Shown here one piece after another: positions 37,250 through 45,514 of a stretch of DNA of 64,000 nucleotides (position 1 is the first letter of the stretch; each line of letters opens with the position of its first letter). Origin of the DNA: Gammaproteobacteria bacterium (lineage in GTDB: Bacteria > Pseudomonadota > Gammaproteobacteria > Thiohalomonadales > Thiohalomonadaceae); assembly GCA_041687015.1 (NCBI GenBank), contig JAWLCT010000002.1, forward strand, positions 64,073-128,072, written 5' to 3'. Under the pieces are notes generated by a model, which saw only the letters and a list, made by a program, of their open reading frames with translations, was not told the origin of the DNA and ran no database searches. Both the position numbers and the translations under genes were made by a program.

Positions 37250-38701
37250 TTAGAGATCGAATTCGCCGCTGCGCGAGGCGCGCCATTCAAGCCACGTGTT
37301 GAACGCCTTCACGCCCAGATAACCACCGCCGACCATGCCGGCCAGGAACACCCAGCCGCTGAGATCGCCGTTGGTTACCGTCGCGAAAAAGGCGCCGATG
37401 TTGCAGCCCATGCCGATGCGCGCACCGATACCCATGAGGGTGCCGCCGACCAGGGCGAACACGGCGGTCTCCAGGCTCGGCAGCTTCCACTTGAATTCAC
37501 GGCGCATGTGGGCCATTACGGCGGCCCCGAGAATGATGCCGATGGACATGAAGCCGGGTGCGTTGAGCAGCGGATTGGGCAGGCCGTTGTCCAGACCGAA
37601 GAAAATGTTGTCCATGTTGTCCACACCCAACTGGTTCAGAATCCAGCCGCCCCACTGGGCCTCCTGGGTGGTGATGTACCAGTAGCCGGGATCAAACACG
37701 GTGCCCTGCAGCGAAAGACCGTTTTCGTAACCCATCGCGGCCAGCAGTTCGCCAAAGTTGAAAATGTTGTAGTGCTCGCGCAGGGCACCGGTGATCCACA
37801 TCTGCATGCCGGCGAAAATGCCCAATCCCGCCCCGGCCAACGCGGTGCTCTTCGAGGATGTCACCATGGCCCACAAGCCGCGCAGATCGCTGCCCAGGCT
37901 CGGCGCGACGGCTTCGCGGCGCAGGTAACTGCGGCGGAAGTAGCGCACGTAGAGCAGCACGAGCAGTACCAGCGACGGCAGGATGGCCGACAGCAGCGCG
38001 TTGGCGAGAAAGGCCCCCGCGACGGTGCCGTCCATGCCCAGATCGGCGGCCACGGTGCTGCCCTTCAGATCCCAGACGTAACCCGCAGTGAATTGGTCGA
38101 ACCAACCTTGGGTGACCGACAGTTCGGCAGGCATGTCTTTGGCCTGTGCCGATGCCGTCCAGGCGGCGGGGACCAGCGCATCGAGCCATCCGCCGGCGGC
38201 AACGATAATCGCCTGGGAAAAGGAGATGGCGAAGATGACCAGCATGGACCCGACGTTGCCCTCGCCGGCCTTGTACAACGAGCCGGACGCGCAGCCGCCC
38301 GTGAACACCATGCCGAAACCGAAAATGAGACCGCCGATGATCACGTGCCAGCCGAGCGGGTGCGGGCCGAAGGTGCTGAACCCTGTGGCCTGTACCGTTG
38401 CAGCGGTCAGGGAGAACAGGCAGACGGCGATGAGCATTCCCACCGCCATCCGGGGCACGCCCACGGCAAACAGATCGCGCACTGCCGAGGCCATGCAAAA
38501 GCGCCCGTACTGCAGAAGCAGGCCATAGATGAGCCCAAACCAGGCGTAGACGAGCAGATAGACGAAGCGGGTATCCACGCTCAGCGCAGCGATGGAACCG
38601 AGCACCACCAGCGCGACGATGATGCTGGCGGCCTTGGTGTTGCCCTGGGTCAAACCGGCAATGAACGCGGGTTTGGCTTGCAGTACGTGTTCTTCGCTCA
38701 T
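37250..38701 (-). CDS. YeeE/YedE-family sulfur-compound permease, double-length (483 aa)
   Basis: About 12 hydrophobic helices with the family Cys motifs GRFCMASAVRD, FTGGCASGSLY and RIGMGCNIGAF. Confidence 0.9.
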   Translation of the reverse strand: MSEEHVLQAKPAFIAGLTQGNTKAASIIVALVVLGSIAALSVDTRFVYLLVYAWFGLIYGLLLQYGRFCMASAVRDLFAVGVPRMAVGMLIAVCLFSLTAATVQATGFSTFGPHPLGWHVIIGGLIFGFGMVFTGGCASGSLYKAGEGNVGSMLVIFAISFSQAIIVAAGGWLDALVPAAWTASAQAKDMPAELSVTQGWFDQFTAGYVWDLKGSTVAADLGMDGTVAGAFLANALLSAILPSLVLLVLLYVRYFRRSYLRREAVAPSLGSDLRGLWAMVTSSKSTALAGAGLGIFAGMQMWITGALREHYNIFNFGELLAAMGYENGLSLQGTVFDPGYWYITTQEAQWGGWILNQLGVDNMDNIFFGLDNGLPNPLLNAPGFMSIGIILGAAVMAHMRREFKWKLPSLETAVFALVGGTLMGIGARIGMGCNIGAFFATVTNGDLSGWVFLAGMVGGGYLGVKAFNTWLEWRASRSGEFDL

Positions 38702-38754
38702 ATCCGTCCTTTAACTGGTTGTTCTTATCCGTTGCACATCGGTCAACGTTCTGT

Positions 38755-39108
38755 TCAGTCTGTCGACAGGCCTTTGCGTAGGTAGACGCGCCAGTGATCC
38801 AGTTCCTTGATGGTGCCGAGATGCGTGCCACACACCACGAACATCAAAGCGGGCAGTGTCTCGACGGTGGCCGGGTTGTCGGACAACACCTCGATCACCT
38901 GGCCCTCCTGCAACTGGTCCATCACCTTCATGGTGAGTAACTGAGGCCGTGGGCAGGCGGCGCCCATGCAGTCCAGGGAGCGCTCGACCGTGACCGTGGC
39001 ACCTGCAAGCGCAACGCTTCGTGGTCCGCGTGTGACGGAGCCTCGCGGCGTTTTCTTCCAGCCTTGCCACCAGCGCAGTCCCACTCGGCGCCCCCAGGTA
39101 CTTGCCAT
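38755..39108 (-). CDS. TusA-like sulfurtransferase with an Arg/Trp-rich N-terminal extension (start uncertain: ATG 39108 or GTG 39084)
   Basis: Core SLDCMGAACPRPQLLTMKVMDQL..GQVIEVLSDNPATVETLP has the CP-x-P motif. No in-frame start lies close to the core. The sigma-54 promoter match at 39122-39137 favours the GTG at 39084. Confidence 0.72.
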   Translation of the reverse strand: MASTWGRRVGLRWWQGWKKTPRGSVTRGPRSVALAGATVTVERSLDCMGAACPRPQLLTMKVMDQLQEGQVIEVLSDNPATVETLPALMFVVCGTHLGTIKELDHWRVYLRKGLSTD

Positions 39109-39121
39109 GCAGCCCCCATAA

Positions 39122-39137
39122 AGCAGGCTTCGTGCCA
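39122..39137 (-). promoter_or_regulatory. Candidate sigma-54 (-24/-12) promoter of the sulfur/cytochrome cluster
   Basis: The minus strand reads TGGCACGAAGCCTGCT, against the consensus TGGCAC-N5-TTGCW. GG and GC are at the canonical spacing, with one mismatch in the -12 box. A sigma-54 activator is encoded at the distal end of the same cluster. Confidence 0.55.
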
Positions 39138-39230
39138 TACCCAAATAGCTCGGTGTATCAATCGGTTAGGAAAATTCCCGGATTTGAGGTCAATGCAAGA
39201 TGCAACGCAAAGGCGGGTTCAGGCGGGCGC

Positions 39231-39247
39231 GATTGCATTTTGCAATC
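39231..39247. promoter_or_regulatory. Perfect 17-bp palindrome, candidate enhancer (UAS) for the sigma-54 activator
   Basis: GATTGCATTTTGCAATC lies about 95-125 bp upstream of the sigma-54 promoter match. A further direct repeat ATGCAAGATGCAAC is at 39192-39205. Confidence 0.45.
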
Positions 39248-39375
39248 GGGGCGATCGATGCGGCGTGGGCGTGATCCAGCGCGGACGTGTTGCAGCAGAC
39301 CGTCGGAAACGAGAGAGGGGAGCGGGCGTGGGGCTGCGCGCGCCGCCATGCAGGCAGCGCGCGCCGAGGTGCGGA

Positions 39376-39786
39376 TTACTGGATCACGAAATCGGTGAAG
39401 TAGACGGCGTGCACGGTGGCAGGATCGCCCGTGCTCTTGGTGACCTGACTGACGACCGTCTGCACGGCCGCCAGGGCCTCCTGACGCAAGGCTTCGCGGC
39501 CATCGGGGTTGCGCAGGGTCGCGGCGTCCTGGTGGGCGAACAACATGATCAATTGGTCACGTACGGCGGGCATGTGCGCCTCGAGGGCCTGCTGTACCTT
39601 GGGGTCTGCCATGACCTGCATCTTCACCTGCATGAAGCGCACGCGACGCCCATCGGTGAGGTTCACCACGAAAGGGTCCAGGGCGAGATAGGCGTCGCCG
39701 CCCTGCTCGGCGGCGACCGCCGTACCGTGGGCGGCATGCAACAGACCGGCAGCGAACAATAACGGAATGATGGCAATCAGGCGCAT
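39376..39786 (-). CDS. FliL-like protein, stand-alone
   Basis: TM helix MRLIAIIPLLFAAGLL, then YLALDPFVVNLTDGRRVRFMQVKMQVM...MPAVRDQLIMLF, which is typical of FliL. No flagellar genes are nearby. Confidence 0.68.
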   Translation of the reverse strand: MRLIAIIPLLFAAGLLHAAHGTAVAAEQGGDAYLALDPFVVNLTDGRRVRFMQVKMQVMADPKVQQALEAHMPAVRDQLIMLFAHQDAATLRNPDGREALRQEALAAVQTVVSQVTKSTGDPATVHAVYFTDFVIQ

Positions 39787-39867
39787 GGTGAAATCATCCG
39801 GAACAAGTGGCCACATGATGCCACAACCGCGGACATCGAAACGTGCCCCGGGCGCAGGTCCGGCGTC

Positions 39868-40764
39868 TCAACGGCGGCGCCGGGCACGCGGGTGCGCCTG
39901 GTCGTAGACCTTGGCAAGGTGCTGGAAGTCCAGGTGCGTGTAAACCTGCGTCGTGGCGATGTCCGCATGACCGAGCAGCTCTTGCACGGCACGCAGGTCG
40001 CCGCTGGATTCCAGCAGGTGACTGGCGAAGGAGTGACGCAGGCGGTGCGGGTGTACGTGGGTGGGCAGCCCCTGTTGGCGCGCCAGCATGGCGAGGCGTG
40101 TCTGCACGGCGCGCGGGCCGATGCGCCGGCCGCGCGCGCCCACGAACAAGGCGATCTCGCCGGCCGCGGCCAATTGGCCACGCACCTTGCGCCAGCGTTC
40201 CAGCGCCTCCAGTGCGAGGCGGCCGACCGGTACCACACGTGACTTGGCGCCCTTACCCACCACCCTCACGGTGGCGTCGGCGACGTCAATGGCGTCCAGG
40301 TCCAGCGCCACCAGTTCGGCAAGACGCAGACCGGACGAGTACAGCAGTTCTGCCATCGCCTGATCACGAATCGTCTCCGGCGTCTCGGCGCGACCCGACA
40401 ACAGCACCGTCGCCTGTTCCACGCTCAGCGGCCGGGGCAGCTTGCGCGGCGAGCGTGGCGCCGGCACGTCGGCGGCGGGATTGTGCGCCGCCAATCCCTC
40501 GCGCAACAGCCAACGGAACAGGCCGCGCACCGACGAGAGTGCCCGCTGCAGGCTGGTGCCGGAAATGCCCGCCCGATGCCGTTGCGCCACGAAGGCGCGC
40601 ACGACGGCGGCATCCACATCGCCGAAGGCAACGCCACGGCTTTCGCAGAAAGCGGTGAACACCGCCAGATCGCGACCGTAAGCGGCGACCGTGTGGGCAG
40701 AGGCGCGCCGTTCCAGGCGCAGGTAAGTGAGAAAGCGTTCGACCCGTGCGGCCGATGCGCTCAC
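39868..40764 (-). CDS. xerC: Tyrosine recombinase XerC
   Basis: VERFLTYLRLERRAS...RLRHSFASHLLESSGDLRAVQELLGHADIATTQVYTHL. The dapF-DUF484-xerC synteny is conserved. Confidence 0.92.
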   Translation of the reverse strand: MSASAARVERFLTYLRLERRASAHTVAAYGRDLAVFTAFCESRGVAFGDVDAAVVRAFVAQRHRAGISGTSLQRALSSVRGLFRWLLREGLAAHNPAADVPAPRSPRKLPRPLSVEQATVLLSGRAETPETIRDQAMAELLYSSGLRLAELVALDLDAIDVADATVRVVGKGAKSRVVPVGRLALEALERWRKVRGQLAAAGEIALFVGARGRRIGPRAVQTRLAMLARQQGLPTHVHPHRLRHSFASHLLESSGDLRAVQELLGHADIATTQVYTHLDFQHLAKVYDQAHPRARRRR

Positions 40765-41453
40765 TGCGCCCCCCGGGTGCGCAATATGCGGGCGGTGACG
40801 GCGGCCAGATGGCGCAGGAACACGGTGCCCATTTCTGCATGGAAGCGCTTCGGATCTTCGCTACCGATGGCGATGAGCCCGAGACAGGCACGGTTTTCGT
40901 CGTCGCACAGGGGAATGAAGGCGCCCGATGCAGTCGCCGGGGCGGTGTCGCCGAACAGCACGGCCGCCTGGTCGGCGCGCAAATGCCCGCACACGGGCAG
41001 CCGGTTGTCCAGGATGCTTTGCAAGGCCGCCAATTGGGGATGGTCCTCGGGCACGGCGCGCGGCAGATCGCCGCCGAAGGTCCAGATCACCACCGCGTCG
41101 GCCTGGAAATCACGGCGCATGGCCTGCTCGACCGCCTGCAGCACGGCCTCGGCGGAGGGACTGTCGATGAGGGTCAGGATCAGGGATTGCAGGCGCTCCA
41201 GCAGATCTTCGTTGCTTCGCGCCACGTGGGTCAGGTGTTGCAGCTTGTGCTTGAGCTCCAGCTTCTGCTCGCGCAACAGGCCCACCTGGCGTTCCAGCAG
41301 GGACACGGCCTGGCCCGTCACCGGATGGGGAATGGTCAGATAGGGCAGCAGGTGCTGGTAATGCAGGAAGAAGTCCGGATGGGTGCCCAGATAGGCGACC
41401 AACTGCTGTTCCAGATCGTCGTTCCGGACGGCGGACGGTGATGAGTCATTCAT
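40761..41453 (-). CDS. DUF484 family protein
   Basis: [18 protein letters not shown] and a GAF-like C-terminus. Canonical position between dapF and xerC, with ATGA-type overlaps on both sides. Confidence 0.8.
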   Translation of the reverse strand: MNDSSPSAVRNDDLEQQLVAYLGTHPDFFLHYQHLLPYLTIPHPVTGQAVSLLERQVGLLREQKLELKHKLQHLTHVARSNEDLLERLQSLILTLIDSPSAEAVLQAVEQAMRRDFQADAVVIWTFGGDLPRAVPEDHPQLAALQSILDNRLPVCGHLRADQAAVLFGDTAPATASGAFIPLCDDENRACLGLIAIGSEDPKRFHAEMGTVFLRHLAAVTARILRTRGAQ

Positions 41454-42280
41454 AGGGTGATGCTTCCTTCAAAAACGGTGGTCGCCGGTCCGATCATCCA
41501 CACCGGCTCGCCATTGCCTGCCCAGCGGATGGTGAGTCGGCCGCCCGGCAGATCGACCTGCACGGTCTCATCGAGCAGCGCCCAACGCCGACCCACCACT
41601 GCTGCCGCGCAGGCGCCCGTGCCGCAGGCCAGCGTCTCGCCGGCGCCGCGCTCGAACACACGCAGGCGGATGTGGCCGCGGTCGACGATTTCCATGAAGC
41701 CCACGTTCACCCGTTCGGGAAAACGGGGATGGCTTTCGATGGCGGGGCCCAGTTCAACCACCGGGGCGGTGGCGATGTCCTCCACGTGCAATACCGCATG
41801 AGGGTTGCCCATCGAAACCGCACCCACCGTGTAGGCCTGACCCGCCACTTCCAATCCATAGCGGTCACATTCGGATTCGGCGCGGAAAGGGATGTGTTCC
41901 GGTGCGAAGCGCGGTGCGCCCATGTTCACGCGGATCTGACCGTCCGTCTCCACGTACAGCGTGATGACGCCCGAGGCGGTCTCCACCACGATGGCATCCT
42001 TGTCGGTGAGACCCTTGTCGCGCACGAAGCGGGCAAAACAGCGCGCGCCATTGCCGCACTGGCCCACCTCACTGCCGTCCGCATTGAAGATGCGGTAGCG
42101 GAAATCCACGCCCTCACGGGAAGGCGGTTCCACCATCAACAACTGGTCGCAGCCAATCCCAAAACGTCGATCGGCAAGAAAACGCACCTGTTCGGTACTC
42201 AGGGAAACCGGCTGGCGCACGGCATCGATGACCACGAAGTCATTGCCCAGGCCGTGCATTTTCGTAAACGCGAATTGCAT
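41450..42280 (-). CDS. dapF: Diaminopimelate epimerase
   Basis: [49 protein letters not shown] (both catalytic Cys regions). Confidence 0.95.
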   Translation of the reverse strand: MQFAFTKMHGLGNDFVVIDAVRQPVSLSTEQVRFLADRRFGIGCDQLLMVEPPSREGVDFRYRIFNADGSEVGQCGNGARCFARFVRDKGLTDKDAIVVETASGVITLYVETDGQIRVNMGAPRFAPEHIPFRAESECDRYGLEVAGQAYTVGAVSMGNPHAVLHVEDIATAPVVELGPAIESHPRFPERVNVGFMEIVDRGHIRLRVFERGAGETLACGTGACAAAVVGRRWALLDETVQVDLPGGRLTIRWAGNGEPVWMIGPATTVFEGSITL

Positions 42281-42289
42281 GGCGGCAGG

Positions 42290-42736
42290 TTACTGGCTCA
42301 CTGCGGCGTTGGAAAGCGTATCGATGCCGCAGGCCACGCAGTCGCGGTAAATGCAGCGGTCCATCACCACCGTGATACCGGCGGCACGGGCTCGGGCGGC
42401 GGCCGCTTCGTTGATCACCCCGTCCTGCAGCCACAGGGCCGGGATCTTCAGGGCAATGCAGGCGTCGACGATGGGGTCCACGTGCTCCGGGGCCCGGAAC
42501 ACATCCACCAGGTCGATGGCACCGGGAACGGCATACAGGTCGGCATAGGCGGGCACGCCGAGGATGGTTTCCGTCGCCGGGCGCACCGGGACCATGTCGT
42601 AGCCGAAGCGCTGCAGCGCTGACGCGACGAAGTGACTGGGGCGATCGGCCTTGGGTGACACGCCCACCACAGCGATGCGGCGCACTTGCCGCAACAGCGC
42701 GGCGACGGCGTCGGGGGTCGGATTCTCGAAGGTCAC
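42290..42736 (-). CDS. CoA-binding domain protein (YccU-like)
   Basis: RRIAVVGVSPKADRPSHFV...IDLVDVFR...ALWLQDGV. Confidence 0.78.
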   Translation of the reverse strand: MTFENPTPDAVAALLRQVRRIAVVGVSPKADRPSHFVASALQRFGYDMVPVRPATETILGVPAYADLYAVPGAIDLVDVFRAPEHVDPIVDACIALKIPALWLQDGVINEAAAARARAAGITVVMDRCIYRDCVACGIDTLSNAAVSQ

Positions 42737-42776
42737 GGGGCGCTCCTCTCAGATGGGTTTGGTGACGGCACGCGGT

Positions 42777-43436
42777 TCAGGGCAGCCGGCCGGTGACCAG
42801 CAGGTGACGATCGCTCACCGCCTCCACGGCGAGTTGACCGAGGCCTGCCGCTGCAAGTTGCGCGCGCACCTCGTCGGGGCGATAGGCGGCGCACAGGGAA
42901 TGGAAGAAATCGTGGCGCAGCACCTCCGGCTCATTGCCGGAATAGGTCTCGACCATTTGCGCGGCGATGTCGCGGCTGGCCGGGCGCATCAGGTCCATCA
43001 CGAACACCATCGCGCCAGGCGCGGCGTGGTCCGCGACGGCCTGCCACAACACCGAAGGGTCTGCCAGATGGTGGAGCAGGCTGTTGGAGATCACCGTGGC
43101 ATAGTGACGGCGCGGCAGCTCCGCACCGGGGAGATAAGCGTGCAGCAGGCGCACCCGCCCGGCCAGGTCCGCGGCGGCCACCGCCTGTTCACCCAGGGCA
43201 AGCATGGCGCGGGCACCGTCGACGCCGTCGATGGCGCAGGCGGGAAAGGCCCGTGCGAAGCGCAACGTCACATCGCCGGGCCCGCAGCCCAGGTCCAGTA
43301 CCGGCCCGGCAGCGTCACCAAAGCGCTCCCGGAACAGCTGAACGAAATGGTTGTGCGGTTCGCTGAAATCCGCGTCCGCATAGGCGCGCGCCTGTGCGCC
43401 GTCATCCATCAGTTCGGGTTCGGGGACTCGTTCCAT
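42777..43436 (-). CDS. Class I SAM-dependent methyltransferase
   Basis: Motif I VLDLGCGPGDVT. Starts MERVPEPELMDD. The internal ATG at 43436 was chosen because the longer ORF overlaps lysA. Confidence 0.75.
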   Translation of the reverse strand: MERVPEPELMDDGAQARAYADADFSEPHNHFVQLFRERFGDAAGPVLDLGCGPGDVTLRFARAFPACAIDGVDGARAMLALGEQAVAAADLAGRVRLLHAYLPGAELPRRHYATVISNSLLHHLADPSVLWQAVADHAAPGAMVFVMDLMRPASRDIAAQMVETYSGNEPEVLRHDFFHSLCAAYRPDEVRAQLAAAGLGQLAVEAVSDRHLLVTGRLP

Positions 43437-43518
43437 GCTTTGTCTTCTCCTCTTGTGGGCGCCGGGGGCGAAAAACCGCGACCGCGACACCTCACCCGGC
43501 GCGTACAGCCGAACGGGT

Positions 43519-44763
43519 TCAGGGCACGAGGTGTTCGCCGGCGAACAGGTCGGCGATGCGCTCGCGCTCGCGCACCAGATGCATGCGCGGGCCATCCACC
43601 ATCACCTCGGCGGCACGCGGACGCGTGTTGTAGTTGGAACTCATGGAGAAGCCGTAGGCCCCTGCCGAGCGCACGGCGAGCAGGTCGCCCTGCGCCAACA
43701 CCAGTGAACGCTCCTTGCCCAGGAAATCGCCCGTTTCGCACACCGGGCCCACCAGATCGTAGCGGCGCGCTTCGCCGCTGCGTTGCACCACCGGCACGAT
43801 GTCCATCCAGGCGCCGTACAGGGTGGGCCGCATCAGGTCGTTCATGGCGGCGTCCACCACGGCGAAGTCCTTGTGGTCGGTGTGCTTGAGGTATTCCACA
43901 CGGGTGAGCAGCACGCCGGCGTTGCCCACGATGGCGCGCCCGGGCTCGATAATCACCGTGAGGTCGCGACCCGCCAGGCGGTCGAGCAGCGGCGCGGCGT
44001 AATCGCCGGGCAGCGGCGGGGTCTCGTCGCGATAGCTGATGCCGAGGCCGCCTCCCAGGTCCAGATGACGCAGAGCGATGCCGCGTTGGCACAGGGTGTC
44101 GACCAGGGCGAGCACGCGCTCCAGCGCATCGACGAAGGGCGCCACCTGGGTGATCTGTGAACCGATGTGACAGTCCACGCCCAGGATTTCCAGATTGGGC
44201 ATTTCCGCAGCGCGCGCGTACACCTCGGGGGCGCGGACGATGTCGATGCCGAACTTGTTTTCCTTCAGGCCGGTGGAAATGTAGGGATGGGTCTTTGCGT
44301 CCACGTCCGGGTTCACGCGCAGCGACACCGGTGCGCGCACGCCCAGTTCGCGCGCAACGCGGTCGAGGCGCTCCAGCTCCGGCTCCGATTCCACGTTGAA
44401 ACAGTGAATGCCCACTTCCAACGCACGGCGCATCTCATCGACGCGCTTGCCCACGCCCGAGAACACCACCCTGGCCGGATCGCCACCAGCGGCCAGCACA
44501 CGCTCCAGCTCGCCGCCGGACACAATGTCGAAGCCGGCGCCGAGTTGGGCCAGGGCGTTCAACACCGCGAGGTTGGAATTGGCCTTCACCGCATAGCAGA
44601 TCAGATGTTCCTGGCCGGCGAAGGCCGCGTCGAAGGCGCGGAAATGCCGCTCCAGGGTCGCGCGGGAATAGACGTAACAGGGCGTACCGTAGGCCTCGGC
44701 CACGCGCGTGAGTTCCACGTCTTCGGCATGCAGGCGGCCGTCGCGGTATTCGAAGTGGTCCAT
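43519..44763 (-). CDS. lysA: Diaminopimelate decarboxylase
   Basis: YAVKANSN (PLP Lys), HIGSQI, GGGLGI, EPGRAIV, CETGD. Starts MDHFEYRDGRLHAEDV. Confidence 0.95.
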   Translation of the reverse strand: MDHFEYRDGRLHAEDVELTRVAEAYGTPCYVYSRATLERHFRAFDAAFAGQEHLICYAVKANSNLAVLNALAQLGAGFDIVSGGELERVLAAGGDPARVVFSGVGKRVDEMRRALEVGIHCFNVESEPELERLDRVARELGVRAPVSLRVNPDVDAKTHPYISTGLKENKFGIDIVRAPEVYARAAEMPNLEILGVDCHIGSQITQVAPFVDALERVLALVDTLCQRGIALRHLDLGGGLGISYRDETPPLPGDYAAPLLDRLAGRDLTVIIEPGRAIVGNAGVLLTRVEYLKHTDHKDFAVVDAAMNDLMRPTLYGAWMDIVPVVQRSGEARRYDLVGPVCETGDFLGKERSLVLAQGDLLAVRSAGAYGFSMSSNYNTRPRAAEVMVDGPRMHLVRERERIADLFAGEHLVP

Positions 44764-44764
44764 C

Positions 44765-44899
44765 TCAGCCCTGGTCCTGTGAGGTGTTTTGGGGCAGGTA
44801 CAGGTCGCCCTTGGCGCCACACCCGGCGAGCATGGTCAGGATGGCAAGCACGGCGATGACGGCCCATAGCAGATACTGGGCCCGGCACTGGCAGAACAT
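44765..44899 (-). CDS. lptM: Small lipoprotein LptM (YifL-like), 44 aa, below the ORF-track cutoff
   Basis: Hand translation gives MFCQCRAQYLLWAVIAVLAILTMLAGCGAKGDLYLPQNTSQDQG*. It has the lipobox LAGC followed by G-x-KG-x-LYLP, in the canonical position upstream of lysA. Confidence 0.7.
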   Translation of the reverse strand: MFCQCRAQYLLWAVIAVLAILTMLAGCGAKGDLYLPQNTSQDQG

Positions 44900-45062
44900 T
44901 GGAAACGGTCCCCGGACAAGAGCGCTTGATTATACCCGTGCGGCAACGCCGGCGTCTGCGGCACGCTGAAGGGGGCTCAACGCGGAGTACGCGGAGGCGT
45001 GGAGAAAAACAGGTATTGGGAGGGAGGCTCGCTGCCTTCGCGGTGATGCTCCACCGGCAAAC

Positions 45063-45087
45063 CTTTGCGCCCTTGGCGTTCTTCGCG
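45063..45087. repeat. Copy of the dispersed intergenic repeat family
   Basis: CTTTGCGCCCTTGGCGTTCTTCGCG. Its CTTGGCGTTCTTCGCG part is the reverse complement of CGCGAAGAACGCCAAG in the left arm at 8356-8383. Confidence 0.45.
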
Positions 45088-45122
45088 TTAAATCTCTTCT
45101 CTCCCGACCGAGACAAGAGCCC

Positions 45123-45446
45123 ATGATGAACGAATCGGATTTCAATCGCCTGGTCGATGCCCAGTTGTTGCGCATCGAGGAGGCCATCGATGCCAGCGGC
45201 GCGGACATCGATTACGAGAACGCCGGTGGCATTCTCACCCTGCACTTCGAAAACGGCTCACAGATCGTGATCAACCGCCAAACGCCGGTACGCCAGATCT
45301 GGGTCGCCGCCCGCAGCGGCGGGTTTCATTTTGCCCACGACGAAGCCAACGGCGTGTGGCGCAGCGACAAGGACGGCCGCGACCTGATGGCCGCGCTGAG
45401 CGAGCTGGTGAGCGCCCAGGCGGGCGAGCCGGTGGCGTTGGGCTGA
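45123..45446 (+). CDS. cyaY: Iron donor protein CyaY (frataxin homologue)
   Basis: MNESDFNRLVDAQLLRIEEAID...GILTLHFENGSQIVINRQTPVRQIWVAARSGGFHF. Confidence 0.92.
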   Translation: MMNESDFNRLVDAQLLRIEEAIDASGADIDYENAGGILTLHFENGSQIVINRQTPVRQIWVAARSGGFHFAHDEANGVWRSDKDGRDLMAALSELVSAQAGEPVALG

Positions 45447-45514
45447 TCCCGATCAATATCCCCGCGCCCGAGGGGGCGAATATACTTCCGGACCAGGGAA
45501 AAGGGAGGGAACGT

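Noticed and set aside
37508-38831. Long ORFs on both strands (425 aa on plus, 379 aa on minus in another frame) overlapping the YeeE/YedE gene.
   Set aside because: Their products are Arg/Gly/His-rich low-complexity strings typical of off-frame translation in high-GC DNA. The 37250-38701 frame gives a coherent polytopic membrane protein with the family Cys motifs.
39040-39108. GRRVGL in the TusA-like N-terminal extension as a possible twin-arginine (Tat) signal.
   Set aside because: No hydrophobic h-region or cleavage site follows the RR. The segment is Trp/Lys/Arg-rich and polar.
39868-40764. The tyrosine recombinase as a possible marker of an integrated mobile element next to the sulfur cluster.
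   Set aside because: It sits in the conserved housekeeping lysA-dapF-DUF484-xerC arrangement. No tRNA, direct repeats, phage genes or transposase genes are nearby, so it is the chromosome-dimer resolvase XerC.
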